From: an uncultured Candidatus Saccharibacteria bacterium
GTDB lineage: Bacteria > Patescibacteriota > Saccharimonadia > Saccharimonadales > JANWIN01
Assembly: GCA_964520375.1 (NCBI GenBank)
Contig: CAZFNQ010000001.1
Span: 5,842 to 59,047, forward strand
Reading direction: 5' to 3'
Length of the DNA stretch: 53,206 nt
Below the pieces are notes generated by a model. The model was not told the origin of the DNA. It did not search any database and saw only the letters and a list, made by a program, of their open reading frames with translations. Each line of letters opens with the position of its first letter. Within the stretch, counting starts at the first letter, position 1. Below, piece by piece: positions 27,908 to 36,730 of the stretch. The position numbers and the translations under genes were made by a program.

Positions 27908-30900
27908 ATGGCACGTTTGCCAACACCTGGAGGTGATGACGGAACTTGGGGGGATATCCTCAATGAGTTCTTAGATGTCGGCCATAATAGTGATGGCACT
28001 CTAAAAGACGTAGTAAAGACAAGTGGTAATCAGACAGTAGCTGGGACAAAGACTTTTAGCGCATCTCCACAGGTTCCAACACCCAATAGTGCAGCTGATG
28101 CTACCACTAAAGCCTATGTCGATGCCACGGCTGGGTTGGGCACTACTGGTGCTACAGGCGCAACAGGTCCGGCCGGCCCCGCAGGAGCGACCGGTAGCGG
28201 CTCTACTGGTGCTACCGGGCCAGCAGGCAGTGCCGGCGGCCAAGGTAGTACTGGCGCTACCGGTGTCGGCAGCCAAGGCAGTACTGGCGCTACCGGTGCC
28301 GGCTCTGCGGGAGCAACGGGTGCAACAGGAGCAACTGGCACAACTGGCGGATCTGGAGCAACTGGGGCAACCGGGGCTGGTAATACAGGTGCAACGGGGC
28401 CGACGGGCTCAACCGGCCCACTAGGCAATGTCGGGGGTGATAGCTTTACGTTTACTTATGACAGTTCCAGCACAGCCGATAGCGATCCAGGCAACGGTAA
28501 GCTTAAATTTGATAACGCCACCATTGGCTCAGTTACTAAAATTTATATTGATTTGCTGGAAAGCAACGGCAGCAGCGTTACGGCTTGGCTGGATAGTTTA
28601 AATAACGGCTTCCTTAAACTTTTTAGAAATTCCAACCCAGCCAACTTTATATTGTTTACCCTTAACTCGGTCACGACTACTTCCGGCTATAGAAAATTAA
28701 ACGTTACTTACCTAGACAACACCGGCACACTTAGTACTACAACTGGTGACACTGTAGTAACATTTGCAACCACAGGGCCTACTGGGCCGCAAGGTGCAAC
28801 CGGCAGCACGGGTGGTCAAGGCTCAACAGGAGCAACTGGGTCCAGCGGAACAGCGGGCGCTACGGGCTCAATAGGAGCAACTGGTGCCGGCAGTACTGGT
28901 GCCACTGGACCAACAGGCAGCACGGGTGGTCAAGGCTCAACAGGAGCAACTGGTGCCGGAACGACAGGAGCCACCGGCCCAACAGGCTCAACAGGCGGCA
29001 GCGGAGCTACTGGGGCGACCGGTCCGCAGGGCACATCAGGCGGCTCAACAACCTTTGTAGGTGATTGGGCAGATGCTACGCCTTATGCTTCAGCTGATCA
29101 GGTAACTCATAATGGTTCTAGTTACTCCTGTACTTCAGCTCATACTTCCAGTCCCTCGACTGAACCTGGGGTTGGGGGTAGCTGGCAAACCAAGTGGCAA
29201 TTGGCAGCCCAGAAGGGCGACACTGGTGTAACCGGGGCAACTGGTGCTGTAGGTGCCACTGGCGTTGGAGCAACTGGAGCAACTGGAGCAGGCGGCAGCG
29301 CCGGAGCGGCTGGCTCTACTGGTGCAACTGGCGCAGGAGGAGGGACTGGGGTTACCGGGGCTACCGGCCCACACGGCCAGTTTGGCGGTAATTCATTCAG
29401 CTTTACTTATGACGATTCAGCGACTACAGACAGCGACCCGGGTAATGGCAAGTTTAAGTTTGACAATGCCACTGTTAGCTCAGTCACCAAGATATATATT
29501 GACTTGCTTGATTCCGGCGGTACAACCATAACCACCTGGTTGGACAGCCTAGACGACATTACTAACAGTGTTACCGGCAGCCTAAAACTATTCAGCATTG
29601 CCGACCCCACACTGTGGGCTGTCTTTAACCTTACATCGGTTACTTCGGCAACCGGTTATCGTAAACTTAATGTTACTTACGTTGCATCAAACTCAACGCT
29701 GGCCACTACAGCTTCAGACACAGTTGTCAGCTTTGCAGTAGCCGGCGCAGCTGGTGCCACAGGCTCAACTGGTAGTGGCGGTGCCGACGGGGCAACGGGT
29801 GCCACCGGTGCAGGTGGATCAGCTGGAGCCGCCGGAGCAACCGGGGCCACGGGCGCTGGTGGTGCCAGTGGAGCTACCGGCCCAAACGGAGCGAGTGGCG
29901 CCACCGGACCGCAAGGCAATACCGGTGGTGATAGCTTTACGTTTACTTATGACAATTCCAGCACAACTGATGCCGACCCTGGTAATGGCAAGCTAAAACT
30001 TAATAACGCAACCGTTTCGTCCGTCACCAAAATCTTTGTTGATTTGCTGGACAGCAATAGCGCATCGGTTACAAATTGGCTAGACAACCTCAACGGCGGC
30101 ACAGTCAAGCTGTTCAATAATTCTGCGCCAACTAATTTTGCAATCTTCACGTTAACTTCAGTAACCTCAGCAACTGGATACCGAAAGCTAAACGTAGCCT
30201 ATTTAGCAGATAACGGTACCTTGGGTACCGGAACCGGTGATATGGTGGTAACATTCGCACCGCAAGGCGCTACGGGGGCCACTGGGCCTCAAGGCGCTAC
30301 AGGTACAACCGGAGCTACTGGTACAACTGGCGGTGCCGGATCCACAGGAGCAACAGGACCCTCCACCGTAGCTGATAACGTTTTTACGCTACAAGACGAT
30401 GGTGATGCTACTAAGCAAGGACAGTTCCAGCTGTCTGGGGTTAGTGCTGGCTCAACTAAGACGCTAACCTGGCCAAATGCTAATGACACAATAGTTGGCA
30501 AAGCTACCACAGATACCTTTACCAACAAAACATTTGATACGGCAGGGACAGGAAATGTCCTTCAAATTAATAGCACAACCGTTTCTGATAAGACCGGCAC
30601 GGGTAAAGTCGTCCTGGATACGTCACCTACCTTAGTTACACCTGCCGTGGGTGCAGCCACAGGAACATCATTGGTCCTATCATCCTTCCTAAACGAGGCC
30701 AAGGGTGCCGATATTGCTTCTGCGACGACCACAGATATTGGGGCAGCGACCGGTAACTATGTACACGTTACCGGAACTGTAACTATTACTGGACTAGGTA
30801 CAGTACAGGCCGGAACCCGTAGGATAGTTAAATTCACTGGCGCCTTAACTCTGACTCACAACGCCAGCAGCTTGATTCTGCCAGGTTCGGCCAATATAAC

Positions 30901-32227
30901 TACCGTAGCTGGTGACACTGCTACATTTGTTTCCCTCGGCTCCGGTAACTGGATTTGTACGTCATACCAGAAAGTCACTATTACAGGTACTGGTAGTGCT
31001 GTCTTAGCAACTTCGCCGACAATCGTGACTCCGACCATCGCTGCAACTGACTGGACAAATGCGACTCACACGCATGCTGGCGCTTCTACCGGAGGCCAGA
31101 TTGCTCACTCAGCATTAACGGGATTAACCTCTGGAGACGACCACACTCAATACGCACTATTAGCCGGCCGTAGTGGTGGGCAGACTCTAATTGGTGGTAC
31201 CGGTTCGGGCGACAACTTAACGCTAAAATCTAGTTCCAACGGTACGGTTGGTAAAGTTATCTTTGGCGCCGCAGCTGCCACAGCTTATGATGAAGTCAAT
31301 GAACGATTTGGCGTCGGTACAGCCTCGCCCAGCTCTGTACTAAATATTGTCGACACCCAACCAGCCTCGGTAAGTTCTTCGCCTGGTACTGACGCTACCA
31401 ATAACCTGGTCGTATCAGGCGGTATAGGTGGTGCTACTACGATTGCAACTACCGGTACTGGTGGACATGGTGCCGATTCATCCGTTACTACCGCTGCAGG
31501 AGGTACAGCCGCCTCGGCCACGACAGCCTCCACTGGCGGCCGGGGCGGCAACTTTACCGTTACTGGTGGACAAGGCGGACAAGCAGGTCTTCTTGCCACT
31601 ACTGCCGTTGGTGGAGTTGGTGGCGGCTTCACAGTCACAGCTGGACAAGGTGGAACTGCTATTGCCGGTGGTGGAGGCGCGACTGCAACTGGTGGAGTCG
31701 GTGGCGCTATAAATCTAACAGGCGGAACAGGTGGTGCAGCAACCCTTGCTACTACTGCTAATGCCCAGACCGGTGGAGCGGTCAACATTACCGGTGGGAC
31801 GGGCGGAGCGGCCACCTCAGGTGGAACAAATAACGGCGGCGATGGCGGGGCTGTCATAATAACGGCCGGGCCTGGAGGTACGGGAGCGTCTTCTGCAGGT
31901 ACCGCCGGCCTAATTCTTTTCAAGACCAGCACCACCACTGGTGCTGCGACAACAAAATTGACAATTGGTCTTAACCTATCCATTGCAGATGCCGCCAACG
32001 TCATACTTGGTACCTCTACAGGAACTAAGTTCGGGACGGGTACATCTCAAAAAATTGGTTTTTATAATGCTACTCCGGTTGTGCAGGCAGCCTCTATCAC
32101 TCCCGCACCGGCTGGCGGGACGGGTGCTGCCGCCGGTGGTTGGGATACAGCTGCACACAGAAACACTGCAATTACGGCAATAAACGATATAATAACTGCA
32201 TTACAAAACTTAGGCTTAACGGCGTAA
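27908..32227 (+). CDS. Giant (1439 aa) collagen-like / tail-fibre-like modular surface fibre protein with no signal peptide
   Basis: AGGGGAG SD. Contains five G-X-T collagen-like tracts, three copies of a ~112-aa module, a CBM5/12-like insert, TLQD..TK..F.LS repeats, GGxGG beta-helix-like repeats and a C-terminal [19 protein letters not shown] motif. Confidence 0.85.
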   Translation: MARLPTPGGDDGTWGDILNEFLDVGHNSDGTLKDVVKTSGNQTVAGTKTFSASPQVPTPNSAADATTKAYVDATAGLGTTGATGATGPAGPAGATGSGSTGATGPAGSAGGQGSTGATGVGSQGSTGATGAGSAGATGATGATGTTGGSGATGATGAGNTGATGPTGSTGPLGNVGGDSFTFTYDSSSTADSDPGNGKLKFDNATIGSVTKIYIDLLESNGSSVTAWLDSLNNGFLKLFRNSNPANFILFTLNSVTTTSGYRKLNVTYLDNTGTLSTTTGDTVVTFATTGPTGPQGATGSTGGQGSTGATGSSGTAGATGSIGATGAGSTGATGPTGSTGGQGSTGATGAGTTGATGPTGSTGGSGATGATGPQGTSGGSTTFVGDWADATPYASADQVTHNGSSYSCTSAHTSSPSTEPGVGGSWQTKWQLAAQKGDTGVTGATGAVGATGVGATGATGAGGSAGAAGSTGATGAGGGTGVTGATGPHGQFGGNSFSFTYDDSATTDSDPGNGKFKFDNATVSSVTKIYIDLLDSGGTTITTWLDSLDDITNSVTGSLKLFSIADPTLWAVFNLTSVTSATGYRKLNVTYVASNSTLATTASDTVVSFAVAGAAGATGSTGSGGADGATGATGAGGSAGAAGATGATGAGGASGATGPNGASGATGPQGNTGGDSFTFTYDNSSTTDADPGNGKLKLNNATVSSVTKIFVDLLDSNSASVTNWLDNLNGGTVKLFNNSAPTNFAIFTLTSVTSATGYRKLNVAYLADNGTLGTGTGDMVVTFAPQGATGATGPQGATGTTGATGTTGGAGSTGATGPSTVADNVFTLQDDGDATKQGQFQLSGVSAGSTKTLTWPNANDTIVGKATTDTFTNKTFDTAGTGNVLQINSTTVSDKTGTGKVVLDTSPTLVTPAVGAATGTSLVLSSFLNEAKGADIASATTTDIGAATGNYVHVTGTVTITGLGTVQAGTRRIVKFTGALTLTHNASSLILPGSANITTVAGDTATFVSLGSGNWICTSYQKVTITGTGSAVLATSPTIVTPTIAATDWTNATHTHAGASTGGQIAHSALTGLTSGDDHTQYALLAGRSGGQTLIGGTGSGDNLTLKSSSNGTVGKVIFGAAAATAYDEVNERFGVGTASPSSVLNIVDTQPASVSSSPGTDATNNLVVSGGIGGATTIATTGTGGHGADSSVTTAAGGTAASATTASTGGRGGNFTVTGGQGGQAGLLATTAVGGVGGGFTVTAGQGGTAIAGGGGATATGGVGGAINLTGGTGGAATLATTANAQTGGAVNITGGTGGAATSGGTNNGGDGGAVIITAGPGGTGASSAGTAGLILFKTSTTTGAATTKLTIGLNLSIADAANVILGTSTGTKFGTGTSQKIGFYNATPVVQAASITPAPAGGTGAAAGGWDTAAHRNTAITAINDIITALQNLGLTA
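28133..28429 (+). repeat. Collagen-like G-X-Y tract 1 of fibre 1
   Basis: [19 protein letters not shown]...[10 protein letters not shown]: Gly at every third residue with occasional register breaks, mostly GAT/GST triplets. Confidence 0.85.
28433..28768 (+). repeat. Module copy A (~112 aa, [10 protein letters not shown]...DTVVTFA)
   Basis: Shares a conserved skeleton with copies B-E: F.FTYD.S.T.D.DPGNGK.KF.NAT..SVTKI.IDLLDS....T.WLD.L....KLF......FA.F.L.SVT...GYRKLNV.Y. Confidence 0.8.
28775..29044 (+). repeat. Collagen-like tract 2 of fibre 1
   Basis: [22 protein letters not shown]... It contains a perfect 38-nt direct repeat (28802-28839 and 28916-28953). Confidence 0.85.
29051..29203 (+). 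other. CBM5/12 (ChtBD3)-like carbohydrate-binding insert
   Basis: [50 protein letters not shown] fits W..Y..GD.V.yNG..Y.c...H.s....P.......W. Confidence 0.55.
29216..29383 (+). repeat. Collagen-like tract 3 of fibre 1
   Basis: [16 protein letters not shown]...[10 protein letters not shown]. Confidence 0.8.
29384..29737 (+). repeat. Module copy B (~118 aa, [10 protein letters not shown]...DTVVSFA)
   Basis: Same skeleton as copy A, with a 6-aa insertion ([10 protein letters not shown]). Confidence 0.8.
29744..29923 (+). repeat. Collagen-like tract 4 of fibre 1
   Basis: [22 protein letters not shown]...GATGPQGNT. Confidence 0.8.
29924..30259 (+). repeat. Module copy C (~112 aa, [10 protein letters not shown]...DMVVTFA)
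   Basis: Its first ~27 nt (ggtgatagctttacgtttacttatgac) are identical to copy A, and the rest diverges. Confidence 0.8.
30266..30360 (+). repeat. Collagen-like tract 5 of fibre 1
   Basis: [31 protein letters not shown]. Confidence 0.8.
31535..31905 (+). repeat. Glycine-rich GGxGG-x-hydrophobic-T-GG repeats (~5 units of 21-27 aa), beta-helix-like
   Basis: The units [57 protein letters not shown] and [15 protein letters not shown]. Confidence 0.7.
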
Positions 32228-32240
32228 AGGGTATAATACT

Positions 32241-32468
32241 ATGGTTAATAACGTTCAAGCGGCACTAAACTTAATAGATCAGAATATTGCCAATCTAAAT
32301 GGTACCCGCCAATCCCATATGGAACTTCAAGAGGCCGTTGCGATTTTACAAAACTTAATTGATAAAACTATAGAAAATGCTAAAAATCCAAAGACTGTAG
32401 AAAATAATAAAACTACGCCAGAAACTGCCGCGGTGGATAAACCTAAAACCGAAAAGAAGAAAGTCTAA
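32241..32468 (+). CDS. Small (75 aa) helical, Lys-rich protein between the two fibre genes
   Basis: An AAAGGG SD precedes the ATG, and its stop lies 5 nt before the fibre-2 ATG. The N-terminal half has a heptad-like helical character. Confidence 0.5.
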   Translation: MVNNVQAALNLIDQNIANLNGTRQSHMELQEAVAILQNLIDKTIENAKNPKTVENNKTTPETAAVDKPKTEKKKV

Positions 32469-32473
32469 AAAAT

Positions 32474-35422
32474 ATGGCTCGACTGCCAACACCTGGAGGT
32501 GATGATGGGACTTGGGGGGATATCCTCAATGAGTTCTTAGATGTCGGCCATAATAGTGATGGCACACTTAAGGGTGTAGTTAAGACTAGTGGTAATCAGA
32601 CCGTAGGCGGGACAAAGACTTTTAGCTCATCACCACAGGTTCCAACTCCTAACAGTGCGGATGATGCTACTACTAAAGCCTATGTCGATGCCACGGCCGG
32701 GGTAGGAGCTAGCGGTCCGGCCGGATCAACTGGTGCCACTGGGCCAGCTGGTAGCGACGGCGGCCAGGGCAGCACAGGAGCAACTGGTTCGGCTGGTAGT
32801 GCCGGCGGCCAGGGTAGTACCGGAGCAACGGGACCGCAAGGCTTTGATGGTTTCGATGGTGCCACTGGCGTACAAGGAGCCACTGGTTCTGGTGGTGCCA
32901 CTGGTAGTCAAGGCAGTACTGGAGCCACAGGCGTTGGAAGCACAGGAGCGACTGGATCTGTTGGGGCTAGCGGGGCGACCGGCCCTAGGGGTTACGCTGG
33001 CGGTGACACGTTTACCTACACATACGACAACTCTAGCACGGCTGACTCTGATCCCGGAGCTGGTAATTTTAAGTTTGACAACGCTACGATTTCATCTGTC
33101 ACTAAAATCTTTGTAGATTTACTAGATAGCAATGGTACCACCGTTACTAACTGGCTGGCTAATATGGGTGGCGGTGTTGTTAAGCTATTCAATAACTCCG
33201 ATCCAACTAAGTTTGCCATCTTCGCAGTTGACTCTATTACAGCTGTAGGCGGTTATACCAAACTCAACGTTACATACACTACTAGCGCGGGGACGCTAGG
33301 AACTGCTGCCGGTGACAGCGTTATTACTTTTGCGCCACCAGGACCGACTGGCCCTCCGGGTAACGCCAGTACCCAAGGTGCAACTGGCGCCACAGGCCCA
33401 GTTGGAGCCGACGGTGCGACCGGCGCCACTGGTGCAGGCGGTAGCGCTGGCTCAGCTGGTCCAACTGGGGCCAGCGGGGCAACGGGACCAACTGGATCAG
33501 TTGGAGCGGCAGGTACAACTGGTGCGACAGGTTCGGCTGGTAGCACGGGCAGAGACTCTGGCCTTAAGTATACTTATTCGACTGATACAGCTAATAACGA
33601 TCCGGGTAGTGGTAAGATTAAGTTTAATTCAGCCACGCTGGCATCTATTACTACCTTACGCATCAGTGAGACTGATGGCGATAGTAACGATATAGCTACA
33701 CTTATCCAGACTTGGGATGATAGTACTACCAGCTCGGTCAGGACCACTATTACAATGGTCAAAGATGGTTCACCAGGCAATGTCCTGGTATTACAAGTAG
33801 CTGGTGCCATTACTGACAACGGCACCTGGGACAACTGTACAGTTTCATATGTAACTTCTTCCGGTTCTTTTACCAACAACGATACTGTCAAATTGTTCTT
33901 TGCCAGGACTGGTGATCAGGGGGCTACGGGATCGACCGGGGCGACCGGCAGCGCCGGGCCCTCTACAGTAGCCGACGATGTCTTTACCCTGCAAGACAAC
34001 CTAGACTCTACCAAGCAGTTGCAGTTCCAGCTGGCTAATATCGGGAGTGGCTTAACCCGGACTATTACCGTTCCTAACAATAACATTATCCTGCCAACCA
34101 CAACCCAACCGATTACGTTTAACGGGACCACAACCGGTAGGGTCTATGCTCTACCTGATGCCAACACTGAGCTTTTGAGCACAACGATAATCGCTAACGT
34201 TGGTAATAAAACGTTTCTTAATACCAATTCTATGTCCATTAAGGATAATTTATTAACCCTGCAAGACAATAATGACACTACCAAACAGGCTCAATTTGAT
34301 CTATCTGGCATCACTACCGGCACTACCCGAACCTACACATTGCCTGATCGTTCGGATACGCTAGTTGACCTCGGCAGTGCCCAAACCCTGACTAATAAAA
34401 CCATCTCTGAGTCGTCGGTTACGAATCTAACAACCGATCTAGCCGACGTCCAAACTCAGACCGCTCTGCAAGCCGCTCAGATTCAATCAAGGGTGCAGGC
34501 TGATTCCGGGCACTATGTATGCTCAGGCTTGGGGTTGACCGCAAACGCCACTCCTACAAAGCTCAACATGGCCGCCGGTACTGTGTTCATGACTACCACT
34601 GAACTGAATGTTGCGGCACAGTCGGCGATTTCGACAACCATTGCCAGCATGGCGGATGCCACAAACCCGCGGTGGGTGATAGTAGAACTGGACTCATCCA
34701 CAGTTGTTCAATTCAACCAGGGCACCGCTGCTGCCTCCCCAGCCTTCCCGGCGTTTACCGCCGCACGAACGCCACTAGGGTTTTTGTATATCCCAGCCAA
34801 TGCCACAAACGTCGACACCTTGCTCACAACTAATAACGGCAATGCAAAACTAATTGACGCAAGGGTGGTCTACAATATTCTTCCGGCGCGGCGACTCACT
34901 TCCAATACCACTACGACTACAGTAAATAATCCCGCTACTCCGACAACTATGCTCAGTAGCCCGATAACTTTGCCAGGTGATTCTCTCAATGTCGGTGATA
35001 TTTTCAAGGTAACAGCCGGTGGAAAGTTTACGCCCGGCGCAACAGCAGATACCACGGTCCAAATTCAGTTTAGCATCGGTGGCGTCGTTTATTTCGATTA
35101 CACTACAGTGAACTTAACTAAGGCAGGTAATACTACTGACACCCGCCCCTTCCGTTTTGAGTTCGAGTTTGTACCGTTTAGCATAGGGACAACCGCCGTG
35201 CTGAAGTGGTCGGGACAATTCGTTATTGCCGCGGTTGCAACCAGCAATGTGGCTGGATTGGGTGGTGGCACCTCCGGCAGTATGGCTGTAACCAATGGGC
35301 AGACGGGGTTTATAGATAGCACCAATAATCTGGGTATTGACTTGCTGATGGCACGTGGTGCATCGGCGACGAACTCTAGCTTTGTTTTGCGAGAATTTTC
35401 ACTAACGAAATATCCGGCCTAA
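32474..35422 (+). CDS. Second (982 aa) collagen-like / tail-fibre-like protein, paralogue of fibre 1 with a different C-terminal domain
   Basis: Its first ~75 aa are nearly identical to fibre 1. It has collagen tracts, module copies D and E, two TLQD..TK..F.LS repeats and a unique ~330-aa C-terminal domain. Confidence 0.85.
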   Translation: MARLPTPGGDDGTWGDILNEFLDVGHNSDGTLKGVVKTSGNQTVGGTKTFSSSPQVPTPNSADDATTKAYVDATAGVGASGPAGSTGATGPAGSDGGQGSTGATGSAGSAGGQGSTGATGPQGFDGFDGATGVQGATGSGGATGSQGSTGATGVGSTGATGSVGASGATGPRGYAGGDTFTYTYDNSSTADSDPGAGNFKFDNATISSVTKIFVDLLDSNGTTVTNWLANMGGGVVKLFNNSDPTKFAIFAVDSITAVGGYTKLNVTYTTSAGTLGTAAGDSVITFAPPGPTGPPGNASTQGATGATGPVGADGATGATGAGGSAGSAGPTGASGATGPTGSVGAAGTTGATGSAGSTGRDSGLKYTYSTDTANNDPGSGKIKFNSATLASITTLRISETDGDSNDIATLIQTWDDSTTSSVRTTITMVKDGSPGNVLVLQVAGAITDNGTWDNCTVSYVTSSGSFTNNDTVKLFFARTGDQGATGSTGATGSAGPSTVADDVFTLQDNLDSTKQLQFQLANIGSGLTRTITVPNNNIILPTTTQPITFNGTTTGRVYALPDANTELLSTTIIANVGNKTFLNTNSMSIKDNLLTLQDNNDTTKQAQFDLSGITTGTTRTYTLPDRSDTLVDLGSAQTLTNKTISESSVTNLTTDLADVQTQTALQAAQIQSRVQADSGHYVCSGLGLTANATPTKLNMAAGTVFMTTTELNVAAQSAISTTIASMADATNPRWVIVELDSSTVVQFNQGTAAASPAFPAFTAARTPLGFLYIPANATNVDTLLTTNNGNAKLIDARVVYNILPARRLTSNTTTTTVNNPATPTTMLSSPITLPGDSLNVGDIFKVTAGGKFTPGATADTTVQIQFSIGGVVYFDYTTVNLTKAGNTTDTRPFRFEFEFVPFSIGTTAVLKWSGQFVIAAVATSNVAGLGGGTSGSMAVTNGQTGFIDSTNNLGIDLLMARGASATNSSFVLREFSLTKYPA
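32699..32998 (+). repeat. Collagen-like tract 1 of fibre 2
   Basis: [30 protein letters not shown]...GATGPRGYA. Confidence 0.85.
32999..33334 (+). repeat. Module copy D ([10 protein letters not shown]...DSVITFA)
   Basis: Same skeleton as copies A-C: [36 protein letters not shown]...[14 protein letters not shown]...GYTKLNVTY. Confidence 0.8.
33335..33547 (+). repeat. Collagen-like tract 2 of fibre 2
   Basis: [30 protein letters not shown]...GSAGSTG. Confidence 0.8.
33548..33904 (+). repeat. Module copy E, divergent ([13 protein letters not shown]...DTVKLFFA)
   Basis: Retains Y.Y..D....[16 protein letters not shown]...I...D........I..W.D and a terminal DTV..FA, but the core is strongly diverged. 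Confidence 0.6.
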
Positions 35423-35426
35423 GCTT

Positions 35427-36671
35427 ATGATTTCACAACTAGCAATTATTGGAGACTCCCTATCGACTGGTTTCCCGACTGGCTCGGCTATGGGAGATGG
35501 TCGACAAGGAGGTTGGGACGAACTCCTGGCTGAAGGTTTGGCGAATATTTCGGGACTGGGGCCGATGTTGAGCTCTGGTTATCGCGGTGTTGCCAATGGC
35601 ATTCAAAGTTTTCGCGAATGGTCATATGCCGGAACGTGGACGACAGTAACAAACGCAAATCTTTGGGACAAGCTTCCCTATGGCTTCGGAAAAACCGCCA
35701 GTGGGGCTGGTAGTATTGCGACTTTTACCCGTCCGATAGAGTGGCGCACACCCGTTGGGTTTAAGCTATACTGGGTGGACTTATCCACTGGCGGTAATTG
35801 GCAATACCGAATTGACGGCGGTTCATGGATAAACATGGGCCAGACCTTAGCGCATGATAGTAAAATCTGTGCCTTCTATGTGCCAACGCCCTTCACCGAT
35901 ACAATTGATATTCGTGCTTTTGATGGTACCAGCAGTGCTGGCTGTTTCCCTGCCGGTATTGAACTATTTTGGAGTGATCCGACTGCACCGGGAGCAAGCG
36001 GGCTCATCGTCCATCATTATGCCGTGGGCTCACAAAACCTACACAAGCTTTTCACTTCTATTGCCGGGGACAGGATGGCAATAATGGATTCCGTAAAATT
36101 AGGCACCGGATCGCCAATTGTTAATGCTGCCAACATCTGTACCCTGATGATGCACATCAATGACGTGAAGGATTTTGGCAACACCACAACCTGGGCGAAC
36201 GATCTTACATCGTTCAACTCTCGCGTATCACCACTCGGTCCTGTCGCATTTATGAATCCTTATGAGACAGTCCCAACCACCTTTAACGCGACGACTCAAA
36301 GCGACTACCGCGCCCAAACCAAGACAACTGCTGCTGGATTCGCTACGCCCGCCAAGGTACTTGATCTTTATGATTTGTGGACCGCGAACGGCTGGGGCAC
36401 AGGCGTCGGTACGCAAAACGATGTCATCCAGGCTGCAGGGTTAACCTTCGACAATATACACGAGACCTTGGCCGGACATCTTGACCTCTACTTTCGTATC
36501 TACTGGTGGATTCGTACTCAAATCCTATCCGGGCTCAATGATAATACGCCCAGCAGATACCCGATGGCCGCCAAGCAAACAGCAATACAATATTCTGGCA
36601 AGCAAGCCGGAGTGCAATATTCGGCTGGTGCACCCATAACGGTGTCAACTCGAGGCCAACCTACAAACTAA
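35427..36671 (+). CDS. SGNH/GDSL-family hydrolase (esterase/deacetylase-like) without a signal peptide
   Basis: Block I IIGDSLSTG, an HIND block-III-like element and a DNIH (DxxH) block V. The ATG lies 4 nt after the fibre-2 stop. Confidence 0.65.
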   Translation: MISQLAIIGDSLSTGFPTGSAMGDGRQGGWDELLAEGLANISGLGPMLSSGYRGVANGIQSFREWSYAGTWTTVTNANLWDKLPYGFGKTASGAGSIATFTRPIEWRTPVGFKLYWVDLSTGGNWQYRIDGGSWINMGQTLAHDSKICAFYVPTPFTDTIDIRAFDGTSSAGCFPAGIELFWSDPTAPGASGLIVHHYAVGSQNLHKLFTSIAGDRMAIMDSVKLGTGSPIVNAANICTLMMHINDVKDFGNTTTWANDLTSFNSRVSPLGPVAFMNPYETVPTTFNATTQSDYRAQTKTTAAGFATPAKVLDLYDLWTANGWGTGVGTQNDVIQAAGLTFDNIHETLAGHLDLYFRIYWWIRTQILSGLNDNTPSRYPMAAKQTAIQYSGKQAGVQYSAGAPITVSTRGQPTN

Positions 36672-36730
36672 GAAATTACTTACTCCTAAGTTTGAAGTAC
36701 TATTATCTGTTTGTAGTAAAGTAAGAGCAG

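Noticed and set aside
28133-33547. Highly repetitive 9-nt periodic DNA that might be a CRISPR array or a tandem-repeat locus.
   Set aside because: There is no constant repeat with unique spacers. The periodicity is the codon-level G-X-Y pattern of an intact reading frame, and no cas genes are present.
28001-33891. Many antisense or off-frame ORFs across the fibre genes, for example 28114-28428 (-), 29677-29919 (-), 31285-32004 (-, 239 aa, Pro-rich) and 33253-33546 (-).
   Set aside because: They are mirror images of GGN/GCN/ACN-rich collagen and Gly-rich coding sequence, giving Pro/Ala/Val-rich low-complexity translations. They lie fully inside much longer sense ORFs that have SDs and a modular domain structure.
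27908-35422. A diversity-generating retroelement (DGR) targeting the fibre C-termini, since DGRs are common in CPR genomes.
   Set aside because: No reverse transcriptase gene is present. I also saw no template/variable repeat pair with adenine-specific differences in the window. The similarity between the fibre genes is at the 5' ends, not the 3' variable regions.
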